Shown here in pieces: positions 41,861-51,012 of a DNA stretch of 64,000 nucleotides. The number at the start of each line of letters is the position of its first letter. Position 1 is the first letter of the stretch. Origin of the DNA: a bacterium (GTDB lineage Bacteria > Patescibacteriota > Minisyncoccia > UBA6257 > UBA9933); assembly GCA_021796335.1 (NCBI GenBank), contig JAJYHZ010000002.1, positions 29,728 through 93,727 of the forward strand. The letters are read 5' to 3'. The notes under the pieces were generated by a model. It ran no database searches and was not told the origin of the DNA. It saw nothing but the letters and a program-made list of their open reading frames with translations. Position numbers and translations under genes: made by a program.

Positions 41861-42184
41861 TTAAATATAATTCCCCCTTTCTTTATCATGAAGATAGCCA
41901 ATCAGATCCATGTGGATTCCTCCGGAAACATTTTTCAATTCCGGGAAAATATCCCTGGCGCTTTCTTCGGCTTGCGCCACTATTCTTATCCTGACTTCAT
42001 CATCAGGATATTCGACTACTTGCACGATTTGATAAATACATTCTCGTGCGAGTTCATTGGAAAGCCATTCCGGAGCATCAAGAACCTCAAGGATGGCCTT
42101 GGCAATTTCCCAATCCGCCAATCCAGCGGGCTCCTTTCCATGAACGGAAATATAAGCCTTATAGAGGCATTCTATCACCGTCAT
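41861..42184 (-). CDS. Hypothetical protein
   Basis: SD AGGAGG; 107 aa. Confidence 0.65.
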   Translation of the reverse strand: MTVIECLYKAYISVHGKEPAGLADWEIAKAILEVLDAPEWLSNELARECIYQIVQVVEYPDDEVRIRIVAQAEESARDIFPELKNVSGGIHMDLIGYLHDKERGNYI

Positions 42185-42195
42185 TACCTCCTTTT

Positions 42196-43626
42196 CTATT
42201 TAAAAATTTCTTTTACCAGTTTATTAAATTTCCGACCGCGGTCAAATTCGTTTTTGAATTTTTCAAAACTGGCCGCTCCGGGAGAAAGCAAAATAATTCC
42301 CTTTTTAATTTTGGCTGAATTCAAAACATCCCTCAGGTTCTCGAAAAGTTTCGGCTGTTTTTTGAAATATTTCAGATTATTCAATTCGATTATTAATTTT
42401 TTAGTGGCGCTTCCGTTTAATAAATATAAATTTTTTTCGGAAACCTTTTTTTTGATTTCCTTAGCTAAATTTTTGAAGTCTAAATCTTTATCGGTTCCGC
42501 CGGCAATTAAAACCGGATTATCATCTCCAAACCTTTGGAGCGCGGCGATAACGCCTTCCGGGCTGGTAGCGGTTGAATCATTGACAATCCTTAGGTTTCC
42601 GTTGTCAAAAACAATTTGCTGGCGGAAAGGAATCTCAGGCAGTGTTGAAATTTTTTTAATTAAATCCCGCCAGTTCTTCCCAAATAAATGCGCAGCCAAA
42701 AGCGATGAAAGCAAATTATATTTTTGATGCGGACTAAAACCTTTTACCTCTATCACAAATTCTTTTTTGCATTTATCCCGAGTGGAGTCAAAAGATTGGA
42801 AATAAATTTTATTTTCATTAAAGAACAACCCGTTTATTTTTTTTGGCAACGGTTTTAGAGAAATAAAAAATATTTTGCCCTTAGGTTTTCCGCCGGCCGG
42901 CGGCTCTAAAAATAATTTTTTATTTTTATCGTCGAAATTCAAAATAAGAAAATCATTTTTAGTTTGATTTAAAAATATGTTCGATTTGGCTTTAGCGTAA
43001 TTTTCCATTGTGCTGTGGCGGTTAAGATGATCCACATGCAGATTGGTTATTACTGCAACACGAGGAGCTTTTAATCCTCCGGTCATATATTCCAACTGAA
43101 ATGAAGACATTTCTAAAACCAGCGGGGTTTTATCCGCCACGGCAATCGCTTTGCCGATGATTTTCAAAAAACCGGCCGTCGGAATGTTTCCGCCAATAAT
43201 GGCGGACTTCAAAAAATAATTAATCCAGGCTGCGGTTGTCGTCTTGCCGCGAGTTCCGGTAACGGCGATGCAACCAATTTTCGGGTTTTCTTTTTGGATC
43301 AAATTCAAAAATAGGGTTGTTTCATTAAAAAACGGTTTTTTATATTTCCGCGCCAACTTCACCCATTTGCTGAAAAAACTGACCGCCTGGTTGAAAACAA
43401 TAATGTCGTTATTTTTGAAATCACTTTCACGATGACCACCCAAAATATATTTTATATTCAGTCTCTTCAATTTAGATAGGGAATTTTTCAAATCTTTTTC
43501 GGAGCCCATATCGGTGACGGTTAATCGGGCACCGTTGGCAATTAAAAATTTCGCCGAAGCCACTCCTCCGCCCAATCTGCCGAGTCCAACCAGTAAAACT
43601 TTTTTGTTTTTGAACAAATTTTCCAT
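42196..43626 (-). CDS. murD: UDP-N-acetylmuramoyl-L-alanine--D-glutamate ligase
   Basis: GLGRLGGG, TGTRGKTTT, EMSSFQL, DHLNRH, NDSTAT, SPGAASF. Confidence 0.93.
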   Translation of the reverse strand: MENLFKNKKVLLVGLGRLGGGVASAKFLIANGARLTVTDMGSEKDLKNSLSKLKRLNIKYILGGHRESDFKNNDIIVFNQAVSFFSKWVKLARKYKKPFFNETTLFLNLIQKENPKIGCIAVTGTRGKTTTAAWINYFLKSAIIGGNIPTAGFLKIIGKAIAVADKTPLVLEMSSFQLEYMTGGLKAPRVAVITNLHVDHLNRHSTMENYAKAKSNIFLNQTKNDFLILNFDDKNKKLFLEPPAGGKPKGKIFFISLKPLPKKINGLFFNENKIYFQSFDSTRDKCKKEFVIEVKGFSPHQKYNLLSSLLAAHLFGKNWRDLIKKISTLPEIPFRQQIVFDNGNLRIVNDSTATSPEGVIAALQRFGDDNPVLIAGGTDKDLDFKNLAKEIKKKVSEKNLYLLNGSATKKLIIELNNLKYFKKQPKLFENLRDVLNSAKIKKGIILLSPGAASFEKFKNEFDRGRKFNKLVKEIFK

Positions 43627-43715
43627 GCATTTATAATTTAATACTTAAATAATTGGTTGGCAATTAAGCAAATAGGCATTGATTCTGTTTAATTGTCTCC
43701 TGTATCTCCCGGATG

Positions 43716-43756
43716 AAATTTTCTGCGATCCCGCCCGCCGGCAAGCAGGCGCAAAA
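43716..43756. repeat. CGATCG palindrome interrupted by a 20-nt CCTGCCTGCCGGCAGGCAGG-type unit (43730-43749)
   Basis: aaattttctgcgat[cccgcccgccggcaagcagg]cgcaaaa. Confidence 0.65.
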
Positions 43757-43895
43757 CCGAACAATGCCTGCCGGGATTGATTTTTTTTCGTTTATTCAGT
43801 ATTATCTTTTTATCGCTGCAGCCTCTAAAACATTGATCTAAAAAACCAGATCAAGTTTTCGAATCTTTCAGTCGATAATTTGCAATTACTTATCT

Positions 43896-44234
43896 ATGTT
43901 AATCATCAAATTAAAAAGAATCGGTAAAAAACATCAAGCTTCTTTCCGAATAATTGTAACGGAAAAGCGCTCCAAAATGACCGGGCGCTATGTTGAAGAT
44001 CTCGGTTTTTGGAATCCGCACAAAAACCAGTTAGGTGCCAAGAAAGACCGCATTCAATATTGGATTAAATCAGGAGCTCAGACAACGGAAACAATTCATA
44101 ATCTTTTGGTAAAAAATGGCATTATTCAGGGGCATAAAATTCCGGCTTATATTCCAAAATCCGCCCCTGCCGAAACGGCGCCGGTTCAGAAAACGCCTGC
44201 GGGACCGGAACAGCCATCAGCCGAAACTCAATAA
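43896..44234 (+). CDS. rpsP: 30S ribosomal protein S16
   Basis: IKLKRIGKKHQASFRIIV, EDLGFWNP, GAQ. Confidence 0.95.
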   Translation: MLIIKLKRIGKKHQASFRIIVTEKRSKMTGRYVEDLGFWNPHKNQLGAKKDRIQYWIKSGAQTTETIHNLLVKNGIIQGHKIPAYIPKSAPAETAPVQKTPAGPEQPSAETQ

Positions 44235-44276
44235 AAAATCCCCGTGGGGATTTTTTATTTCCGCGAAACTAAAACA

Positions 44277-44813
44277 TTACCAGCAAGTTGCACCGGAATC
44301 GTAATATGCCCAAGCTGTCGGATTAGAACCATCAATAAAACAGTTTTTGGCGCCGCCATCCCTGGCGGGATCTAAAAGGCTGGGATATTTTAAATAATCC
44401 GAAGCACTATTCTCGCTTATATAAATATCCAACAGTTTGTAATCGGCTCCGTCTGACTTATACACATAACAGGAAGTATTGGCGCCAGTATCCATTTGCG
44501 GATCTGCTGGAAAATTCGCCAAATAAATCGGGGTCAAACCGGGTATTACGTTTGTTGCTGAATAACTTCCCCATGCGCCACATTGGCTTCTCCATTTTCC
44601 GTTCGTATCCGGGTATGCTCCGTTATCTAAGTTATAATTTTGCAAGGCTTTGTTTATGACTTCTAAATCCGAAATTCTTTTTGCGTTTCTCGAGTTTTTG
44701 AGCAATTGATTTGGATTTAAAATCAAAACCGTAATCGTTGCCAAAACAGCCAAAATAGCGATAACGATCAGAAGCTCAAGTAAAGTGAATCCTTTATAAA
44801 ATTTGTGAGCCAT
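44277..44813 (-). CDS. Type IV pilin / GspG-like pseudopilin
   Basis: KG|FTLLELLIVI, YNLDNGAYP, PADP. Confidence 0.85.
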   Translation of the reverse strand: MAHKFYKGFTLLELLIVIAILAVLATITVLILNPNQLLKNSRNAKRISDLEVINKALQNYNLDNGAYPDTNGKWRSQCGAWGSYSATNVIPGLTPIYLANFPADPQMDTGANTSCYVYKSDGADYKLLDIYISENSASDYLKYPSLLDPARDGGAKNCFIDGSNPTAWAYYDSGATCW

Positions 44814-44843
44814 TGTATCTATAATAATATAATAGCCGCGGAT

Positions 44844-45308
44844 TTAATCTGATTTATTCAGCTCCGACACTCTTTCCAGAAAAACAATCTGAGCCGGATT
44901 AATCTTTTCTTTGGCGGTTTCGAAATCAAAAAATTCGATTTTGTCTATTTCGGGGAATTCTCTGATTTCTCCGGATTTCGGAGGCCATTCAAGTTTAAAC
45001 GTGTTGCTTTTAAAATTTTTCAAATCGCAATCGCTTTTTACCGCCCAAGCGTAAACCGTTTTGCCGCTCTTTTGAACGATTAATCCGAGTTCTACAAGTT
45101 CTCCGCCCGCTTTGCATCCGGTTTCTTCTTCGAATTCCCGTTTGGCCGTTTCTAGATAATTTTCATTTTCCTCGACTTCTCCCTTTGGAATACTCCAAAC
45201 ACCGGCATCGCGTTTCCCCCAAATAGGCCCGCCTAGATGAGCAAGCAAAAATTCGAGCTTATTGTTTTTTATCCTATACATTAAAATTCCCGCGCTGATT
45301 TTTTTCAC
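44844..45308 (-). CDS. NUDIX hydrolase (GTG start)
   Basis: SAGILMYR, WSIPKGE...AKREFEEETG, FPEIDK. Confidence 0.9.
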   Translation of the reverse strand: MKKISAGILMYRIKNNKLEFLLAHLGGPIWGKRDAGVWSIPKGEVEENENYLETAKREFEEETGCKAGGELVELGLIVQKSGKTVYAWAVKSDCDLKNFKSNTFKLEWPPKSGEIREFPEIDKIEFFDFETAKEKINPAQIVFLERVSELNKSD

Positions 45309-45428
45309 CCTTGCGTAATTCTTCTGTTGGGAAATTGCATAATAATTAACTTTTATGCAACTGACATAGAAAATTAATACTTTTAATTTATCCCGCAATA
45401 AATCTGCAAAAGAGATTATGCGCGGGAT
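45307..45428. mobile_element. Degenerate relative of the 30543-30666 MITE-like element
   Basis: acccttgcgtaatt...gattatgcgcgggat; similar size and same right end. Confidence 0.6.
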
Positions 45429-45554
45429 TCGTATTTCTAATCTATCAAATAAATTTACATTTGACAAAAATTTTAATTCGGGTCTTGACTTTTTGCCGAT
45501 TTTGACTTATCATTATTTTAAAAGGTCGCGATGTTTGAATTGGAAAACAAAGAT

Positions 45555-45842
45555 ATGGATGCAGCAAAAGATCAAGCTTTCCTTGAATTTCTCGTCAAAT
45601 CGATCGTTGATCATCCGGACGATGTCATAGTTGACAGAAAAGTGGACGAGATGGGGGTTCTTCTTTCTTTAAAGGTCAATCCTCTCGATATGGGCCAGAT
45701 TGTCGGAAGACAAGGTTCCACGGCAAAGGCTATCAGATCCCTTCTGCGAATCGTCGGCGTAAAAAACCACGCAAGAATCAACTTGAAAATAGTTGAGCCG
45801 GAAGGATCGACGAGGTTGCCAAGAGAAGCGCGCGAAGAATAA
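45555..45842 (+). CDS. khpA: KH-domain RNA-binding protein
   Basis: DMGQIVGRQGSTAKAIR; near rpsP; terminator 45860-45890. Confidence 0.9.
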   Translation: MDAAKDQAFLEFLVKSIVDHPDDVIVDRKVDEMGVLLSLKVNPLDMGQIVGRQGSTAKAIRSLLRIVGVKNHARINLKIVEPEGSTRLPREAREE

Positions 45843-46194
45843 TTTTAATATTTCTTTAGAAAATCCGCCACGTTCAACGTGGCGGATTTTTGTTATAATT
45901 CTTAGTCCGGAAACATTGCAGAATGAAGTTATTTTGCAATGCTGAATTTACTTGTTCTATATCGAAATTATCTTTATGCGGGATTTCAGTATCTTAAAAA
46001 TCAGCCTTTAATCCGCCATTACGGAATTTATCGATGCCCGCTTACGGAGGATAAGATTATTGGACGTAGGATCATTTCCATTCCGCCGGCCGGCGGATGA
46101 CTACGGAGCATACGGGTTCGAAATGACACTTTCGAACGGCACGCCGCGTTTGATTGATTATAGAATCCTAATTTTATAAAATAGAGAGGATTAA

Positions 46195-47856
46195 ATGCTT
46201 GATAAAAATATTATTTCAAAATTGTCGAGAATCAGGCGGGAGTCCGAAGAAAGGACGGTGAGCCGCCGCGCAGCAAAAATCGGAAAAAAGTATTTAAATC
46301 TTTCCACGACTCCGATCACCATAGAAGCTTTGGCAATATTGCCGGAAGCCGTTGCAAAAGAAGCCGGCATTGTTGTAATTGAAAAAAAGGCCAATAGAAT
46401 TGCCGTTGCCGCAATCGACCCGAAAAATGCCAAAACGGAAAAAGTCATAAGAGACTTGGAAAATAATTACGGCGTAACGGTTTTCGTAGTTTCGGAAAGC
46501 AGCCTTAAATACGCCTTGGATTATTACAAATTCGCCGAAAAACAAACAGAAGATATTACTGGCGAAATTTCGGCCAAGAAAAAGGAAATTAAAGAAGAGG
46601 ATTTGCTGACTTTGGACGGCATAAAAAAATTCCTGGACAAAGAAGAATTGTCGGGAAGCAAAGCAAACGAAATTTTGGAAATTATTTTCAAAGGAGCTTT
46701 AGCGAACAGAGCTTCCGACATACATTTCGAGCCGACGGGAAAAGAGGCAAAATTACGATTAAGAATTGACGGACTCTTGCATGATGTTTACACATTCGAG
46801 CTTAAATTTTATTCGTTCATCGTTTCGCGCATCAAATTGCTTTCCGGCCTTAAATTGAACGTTTCCAACGAACCGCAGGATGGTCGCTTTACAATCAGCT
46901 TTACGCAAAAAGACGTCGAAGTGCGCGTGGCAGTGGCGCCGGCGCAATTCGGCGAAGTCATCGTCATGCGCTTGCTTGATCCGGACGCGATCAATCTGGA
47001 CTTAAAACAATTAGGATTGCGAGAAGACGATTTGGAGATAATCGAAAAAGAACTGAAGCGGCCAAACGGACTTATTTTGAATACCGGTCCGACGGGTTCC
47101 GGAAAAACAACCACTCTTTACGCATTCTTACAGCATAAAAAAACTCCGGAAATAAAAATAATTACAATCGAAGATCCAATTGAATATCGCATAAGCGGAA
47201 TCGAACAGACTCAGGTGGATGAGGAATCGGGATATGATTTCGCATCGGGATTAAAATCTTTAATGCGGCAGGATCCGGACATAATCCTGGTAGGTGAAAT
47301 CCGCGACAAGGAAACCGCCGAAATCGGCATACAGGCGGCTTTGACCGGTCATTTGGTTTTTTCCACAGTTCACGCTAATTCCGCAAGCGGCGCCGTTCCC
47401 CGCTTGCTTGATTTAAACGTCAAGCCAGTTAGTATCGGCCCGGCCTTGAATTTAATAATCGGGCAAAGACTGGTCCGCCGTCTTTGCGCAAACTGCCGAA
47501 TTCCAAAAACAGCTACGAATGATTTGGAAGATAAAGTAAATAATTTTTTGAGAAAATTACCCGGCCGGGTAAATAAAGATGATTATAAAGAAATAAAATT
47601 GTTTGAGGCGAAAGGATGCCCTGCTTGCAACGGAACTGGATTCAAGGGACGCATCGCCATTTATGAACTTTTAAAAACCGCTCCGGAAATGGAAGATTTG
47701 ATTATCAAACAAACCGGGGAAACCGCGATTTATAGATTCGCAGTCGGGAATGGCATGACGACTATGCAACAGGACGGGATTTTGAAAGTGATTTCCGGAA
47801 TAACGACTTTTAATGAGGTGGAAAATGTGACCGGACCGATTGAATGGGAAGAATAG
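46195..47856 (+). CDS. pilB: PilB/GspE assembly ATPase
   Basis: ASDIHFEP, GPTGSGKTT, RQDPDIILVGEIRD, tetracysteine motif. Confidence 0.92.
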   Translation: MLDKNIISKLSRIRRESEERTVSRRAAKIGKKYLNLSTTPITIEALAILPEAVAKEAGIVVIEKKANRIAVAAIDPKNAKTEKVIRDLENNYGVTVFVVSESSLKYALDYYKFAEKQTEDITGEISAKKKEIKEEDLLTLDGIKKFLDKEELSGSKANEILEIIFKGALANRASDIHFEPTGKEAKLRLRIDGLLHDVYTFELKFYSFIVSRIKLLSGLKLNVSNEPQDGRFTISFTQKDVEVRVAVAPAQFGEVIVMRLLDPDAINLDLKQLGLREDDLEIIEKELKRPNGLILNTGPTGSGKTTTLYAFLQHKKTPEIKIITIEDPIEYRISGIEQTQVDEESGYDFASGLKSLMRQDPDIILVGEIRDKETAEIGIQAALTGHLVFSTVHANSASGAVPRLLDLNVKPVSIGPALNLIIGQRLVRRLCANCRIPKTATNDLEDKVNNFLRKLPGRVNKDDYKEIKLFEAKGCPACNGTGFKGRIAIYELLKTAPEMEDLIIKQTGETAIYRFAVGNGMTTMQQDGILKVISGITTFNEVENVTGPIEWEE

Positions 47857-47893
47857 AGCTGATAGTTATTAGCAAGTTGGTTGTTAGTAGTTT

Positions 47894-47926
47894 AAAAAAG
47901 AGGTGATATATATCACCTCTTTTTTT
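47894..47926. terminator. Bidirectional terminator
   Basis: aaaaaagaggtgatatatatcacctcttttttt. Confidence 0.8.
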
Positions 47927-48143
47927 CTGCACTTTTTAGTTCTGTGGGCGAAAATAAAAGTCTTACAGGAGTAAGAAATCAAGAACCCCTTCGAGGAGAG
48001 ATCCAGCCAAAACCAGATCATCCGAAATACTAAAAGAAATTCCTATAAACCCACAGGACTAAGAAGTCCAGATTCTATATTCTTCTACAAAAGGGAGTAA
48101 TAAAAAACACCCTTTTAAGAGTATTAAATTCAATTCTTTTCCC

Positions 48144-48171
48144 ATTATAGCGGGTTTTATAAATTTGTCAA
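48144..48171 (-). promoter_or_regulatory. Sigma70 promoter
   Basis: TTGACA-16-TATAAT with no convincing ORF downstream. Confidence 0.7.
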
Positions 48172-48210
48172 GACCAGGCAAGGTTAGATTGATTTTTGTA
48201 AAAATAAGGA

Positions 48211-48233
48211 AAGCCCCGGATTGTACGGGGCTT
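48211..48233 (-). terminator. Intrinsic terminator
   Basis: AAGCCCCG-tacaatc-CGGGGCTT followed by T-rich tail on - strand. Confidence 0.65.
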
Positions 48234-48421
48234 AATAATTGAAAAGAATATTTTAAGGATCTCCAATTGAATAAAGAAGGCGAAAAAGAAAAGAAATGAT
48301 TGAAATTGAAATTGTGTATTGTGTTTTGAAATTTAAATTATAGAGGACGATCGCGCGTAGGTACGTACGCGGTCCTCTGTGCTGATTTCTTTTTCTTTTC
48401 CAATTATTCAATTGTAATTTT

Positions 48422-48449
48422 ATTTTAATTCTTTTAATTCAATAGTCAA
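48422..48449 (-). promoter_or_regulatory. Sigma70 promoter
   Basis: TTGACT-16-TAAAAT immediately before a long hairpin. Confidence 0.55.
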
Positions 48450-48480
48450 TACGACACGACGTTCAGGCAGAGCATGGATC

Positions 48481-48615
48481 TCACGAAAAAAACGGTTTCA
48501 GCAGAAAAATAAAGTCGCAAACGATGGAAGGAAAGAGAAAAACCGCCACTATAATCCCTTTCTCTCTTTCCGTAAGTTCACTGAAGATTACCGTCTTTGT
48601 CAGAATAGCTTTCAT
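48481..48615 (-). CDS. Small 44-aa hydrophobic protein (not in ORF track)
   Basis: SD AAAGGGG; MKAILTKTVIFSELTEREKGIIVAVFLFPSIVCDFIFLLKPFFS*. Confidence 0.5.
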   Translation of the reverse strand: MKAILTKTVIFSELTEREKGIIVAVFLFPSIVCDFIFLLKPFFS

Positions 48616-48785
48616 TATTACCCCTTTCTTTAAGCGATATCTGGATATTCTGTTTTAATTTTATCCAATGTTTTACTTTTTTAAAAGAGTGCTATAATTT
48701 ACATAATTAATAATTTATAAGGAGAAAATTCCGAAGTTAAAACGCGATTCAAACTTCGAAGATTTTAACTTTATAAATATCCGCT

Positions 48786-48983
48786 ATGCTAAAAAATAAC
48801 CAGCATAATCTGATCCATCAGCTTTCGGAAATTTCCGACAGCCTTTGGAGAATCGAAAAACACTATCTTGATGAATCGAAAAGTTGTGAATCCTGCGTTG
48901 AAATATGGAGAATACTCCACCAGGATTACGAAAAACATATAGCCATGCTTTCCGAAGAAATAAAGAAGCACATAAACGATTAA
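48786..48983 (+). CDS. Small helical-hairpin (ferritin-like half) protein
   Basis: HNLIHQL..DSLWRIE.HY..CxxC..W...EKHI pattern. Confidence 0.65.
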   Translation: MLKNNQHNLIHQLSEISDSLWRIEKHYLDESKSCESCVEIWRILHQDYEKHIAMLSEEIKKHIND

Positions 48984-49513
48984 TGGAAAACAATTTTGGA
49001 GAAGAATTAAGGATTCAGGGAGGACCGGAAAAGATTTGTCCGGCTTGCGGGAAACCGTATACCGGCGATTTTTGCGATAAACCGCTTTGTCCTCTTTTTA
49101 TGGAAAGGTATGCCAGCGCGGAAAAAACGACAGAAGAAGAAAAACCCTTAAATATTGATTTTGACGGACCGGAATCGGCGGAAAAGAGTCCCGAAGCCAA
49201 GCGGCAGAAAGAGGAATTATTTCATCAATTCATAGAAGGAGAAAAAATAAAAGATCCGGAAGTTATGAGTATGCGCGATTTGATGTTTGCCAAATCCATA
49301 ATCTACGGAATTGAAAATGCGACTAAAGGAATCGTATCCGAAAATCATTTAAGCGCAGAGGAGAAAAAAGAAGCTTGGGATAATTTTAAAATGATTCAAA
49401 ATGTTTTGGATAAGAACAATGTTCCGCAAACCGTTTTGGAATTAATTAAAAAAAGTTTGGATAATAAATCGAAAAAAATATACGAAGAATTTTTAGCTGA
49501 ATCAAACAAATGA
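48983..49513 (+). CDS. Hypothetical protein with N-terminal Zn-ribbon
   Basis: CPACG...CDKPLCP; TAATG overlap upstream and ATGA overlap downstream. Confidence 0.6.
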   Translation: MENNFGEELRIQGGPEKICPACGKPYTGDFCDKPLCPLFMERYASAEKTTEEEKPLNIDFDGPESAEKSPEAKRQKEELFHQFIEGEKIKDPEVMSMRDLMFAKSIIYGIENATKGIVSENHLSAEEKKEAWDNFKMIQNVLDKNNVPQTVLELIKKSLDNKSKKIYEEFLAESNK

Positions 49514-50880
49514 AACTTACATTTTTAGGAGGAGCCGGCGCCGTAACCGGAGCGAATTATTTACTAGAAGCAGAATCCGGAGAAAAAACCAGAATTTTAA
49601 TAGATTGCGGACTGATGCAAGGCGCGCATTATGCGGATAAGGATAATTTCAATCCGTTTGCATACGACCCCAAAACTATTGACGCAGTTTTTGTTACTCA
49701 TGCGCATATTGACCATACCGGACGGCTACCAAAACTTTATAAAGAAGGATACAGAGGAAAAATTTACTCCACGGGACCCACAAAAGATTTCGCCGAAGAG
49801 CTTTTATTGGATTCGGGGCATATTTTGGCCAAGGAATCAGAAGACAGGGGCATGCCCTACCTTTATGAAATTGCGGATGTAAACGAGACAATGAAACTGT
49901 GGCAGAAAATCAGTTATCATGAAAAAATAAGGGTCAAGGATTTTGAAATTGAATTTTATGACGCCGGCCACATTTTGGGATCGGCCTTTATTGCGGTTAC
50001 TTCTCCGGAAGGGAAAAAAATCGTTTTTTCGGGCGACCTGGGAAATGAGCCGGCCCCCTTAATAAAAGATACGGAAACAATAACCGACGCGGATTACGTT
50101 CTAATAGAATCAGCCTATGGAAACAGGGTGCACGAACAGCCGGACAAGAGGAAGGATATGCTCGAAGATGCCATCGAAGACGCCGTAAGGTCAAAAGGGA
50201 CTTTGATGATTCCGGCTTTCGCAATGGAAAGAACGCAGGATTTGCTTTATGAAATAAACGACCTGGTAAACCACGGAAGAATACCGGCTATTCCGGTTTT
50301 TGTCGATAGTCCCTTGGCGATAAAACTTACCGCAATTTATGAAAAATATTCAGCCGATCCGCAGTATATGGATCAAAAAGCTTTGGAAGATTTAAAAAAG
50401 GACGGCGAACTTTTCGATTTCCCACGATTAAAATTAACCCTGACAACGGAACAGTCAAAGGAAATTAATGATATTCCTCCGCCAAAAGCTATTATGGCTG
50501 GTTCGGGAATGTCCCAGGGCGGCCGGATTCTTCATCATGAATTGCGTTATCTGCCAGATCCGCACAGCACAATTTTATTCATAGGATTCCAAACAAAGGG
50601 GTCTTTGGGAAGAATGATTCAGGAAGGCGCTCCATCGGTCAGAATCTTCGGAGAAGTCGTACCCGTAAAATGCAAGGTAAAATCAATTTCCGGCTATTCG
50701 GCTCATGCAGACCAACCGCTTCTTTTAAACTGGATAAGGCCGATGAAGGATTCGATAAAGAAATTGTTCGTAGTGCAAGGTGAAGAAGAAGATATGCCGA
50801 TTTTTGCGAATAAAATTCGTGACGAGTTCGCAATCGACGCGGCTGTTCCGAAAGCGGGCGATGTTTACGAATTATATTAA
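49510..50880 (+). CDS. MBL/beta-CASP ribonuclease
   Basis: THAHIDHTG, AGHILGS, FSGDLG, YSAHAD. Confidence 0.92.
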   Translation: MKLTFLGGAGAVTGANYLLEAESGEKTRILIDCGLMQGAHYADKDNFNPFAYDPKTIDAVFVTHAHIDHTGRLPKLYKEGYRGKIYSTGPTKDFAEELLLDSGHILAKESEDRGMPYLYEIADVNETMKLWQKISYHEKIRVKDFEIEFYDAGHILGSAFIAVTSPEGKKIVFSGDLGNEPAPLIKDTETITDADYVLIESAYGNRVHEQPDKRKDMLEDAIEDAVRSKGTLMIPAFAMERTQDLLYEINDLVNHGRIPAIPVFVDSPLAIKLTAIYEKYSADPQYMDQKALEDLKKDGELFDFPRLKLTLTTEQSKEINDIPPPKAIMAGSGMSQGGRILHHELRYLPDPHSTILFIGFQTKGSLGRMIQEGAPSVRIFGEVVPVKCKVKSISGYSAHADQPLLLNWIRPMKDSIKKLFVVQGEEEDMPIFANKIRDEFAIDAAVPKAGDVYELY

Positions 50881-51012
50881 TTATTAACTAACAACCCGTT
50901 AGTGCGTTAACGAATTAGGATTATAATGTATGTGGAAATTTTAAGCATACTAATTCATATAGCCTAGTTAATCCACTAATAAACCAGCCAGAAATTTTCA
51001 TATAATATATTT

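Noticed and set aside
41888-42727. 279-aa + strand ORF and other long antisense ORFs (29256-29900, 52518-53012)
   Set aside because: Shadows of well-supported genes on the opposite strand, with no motifs
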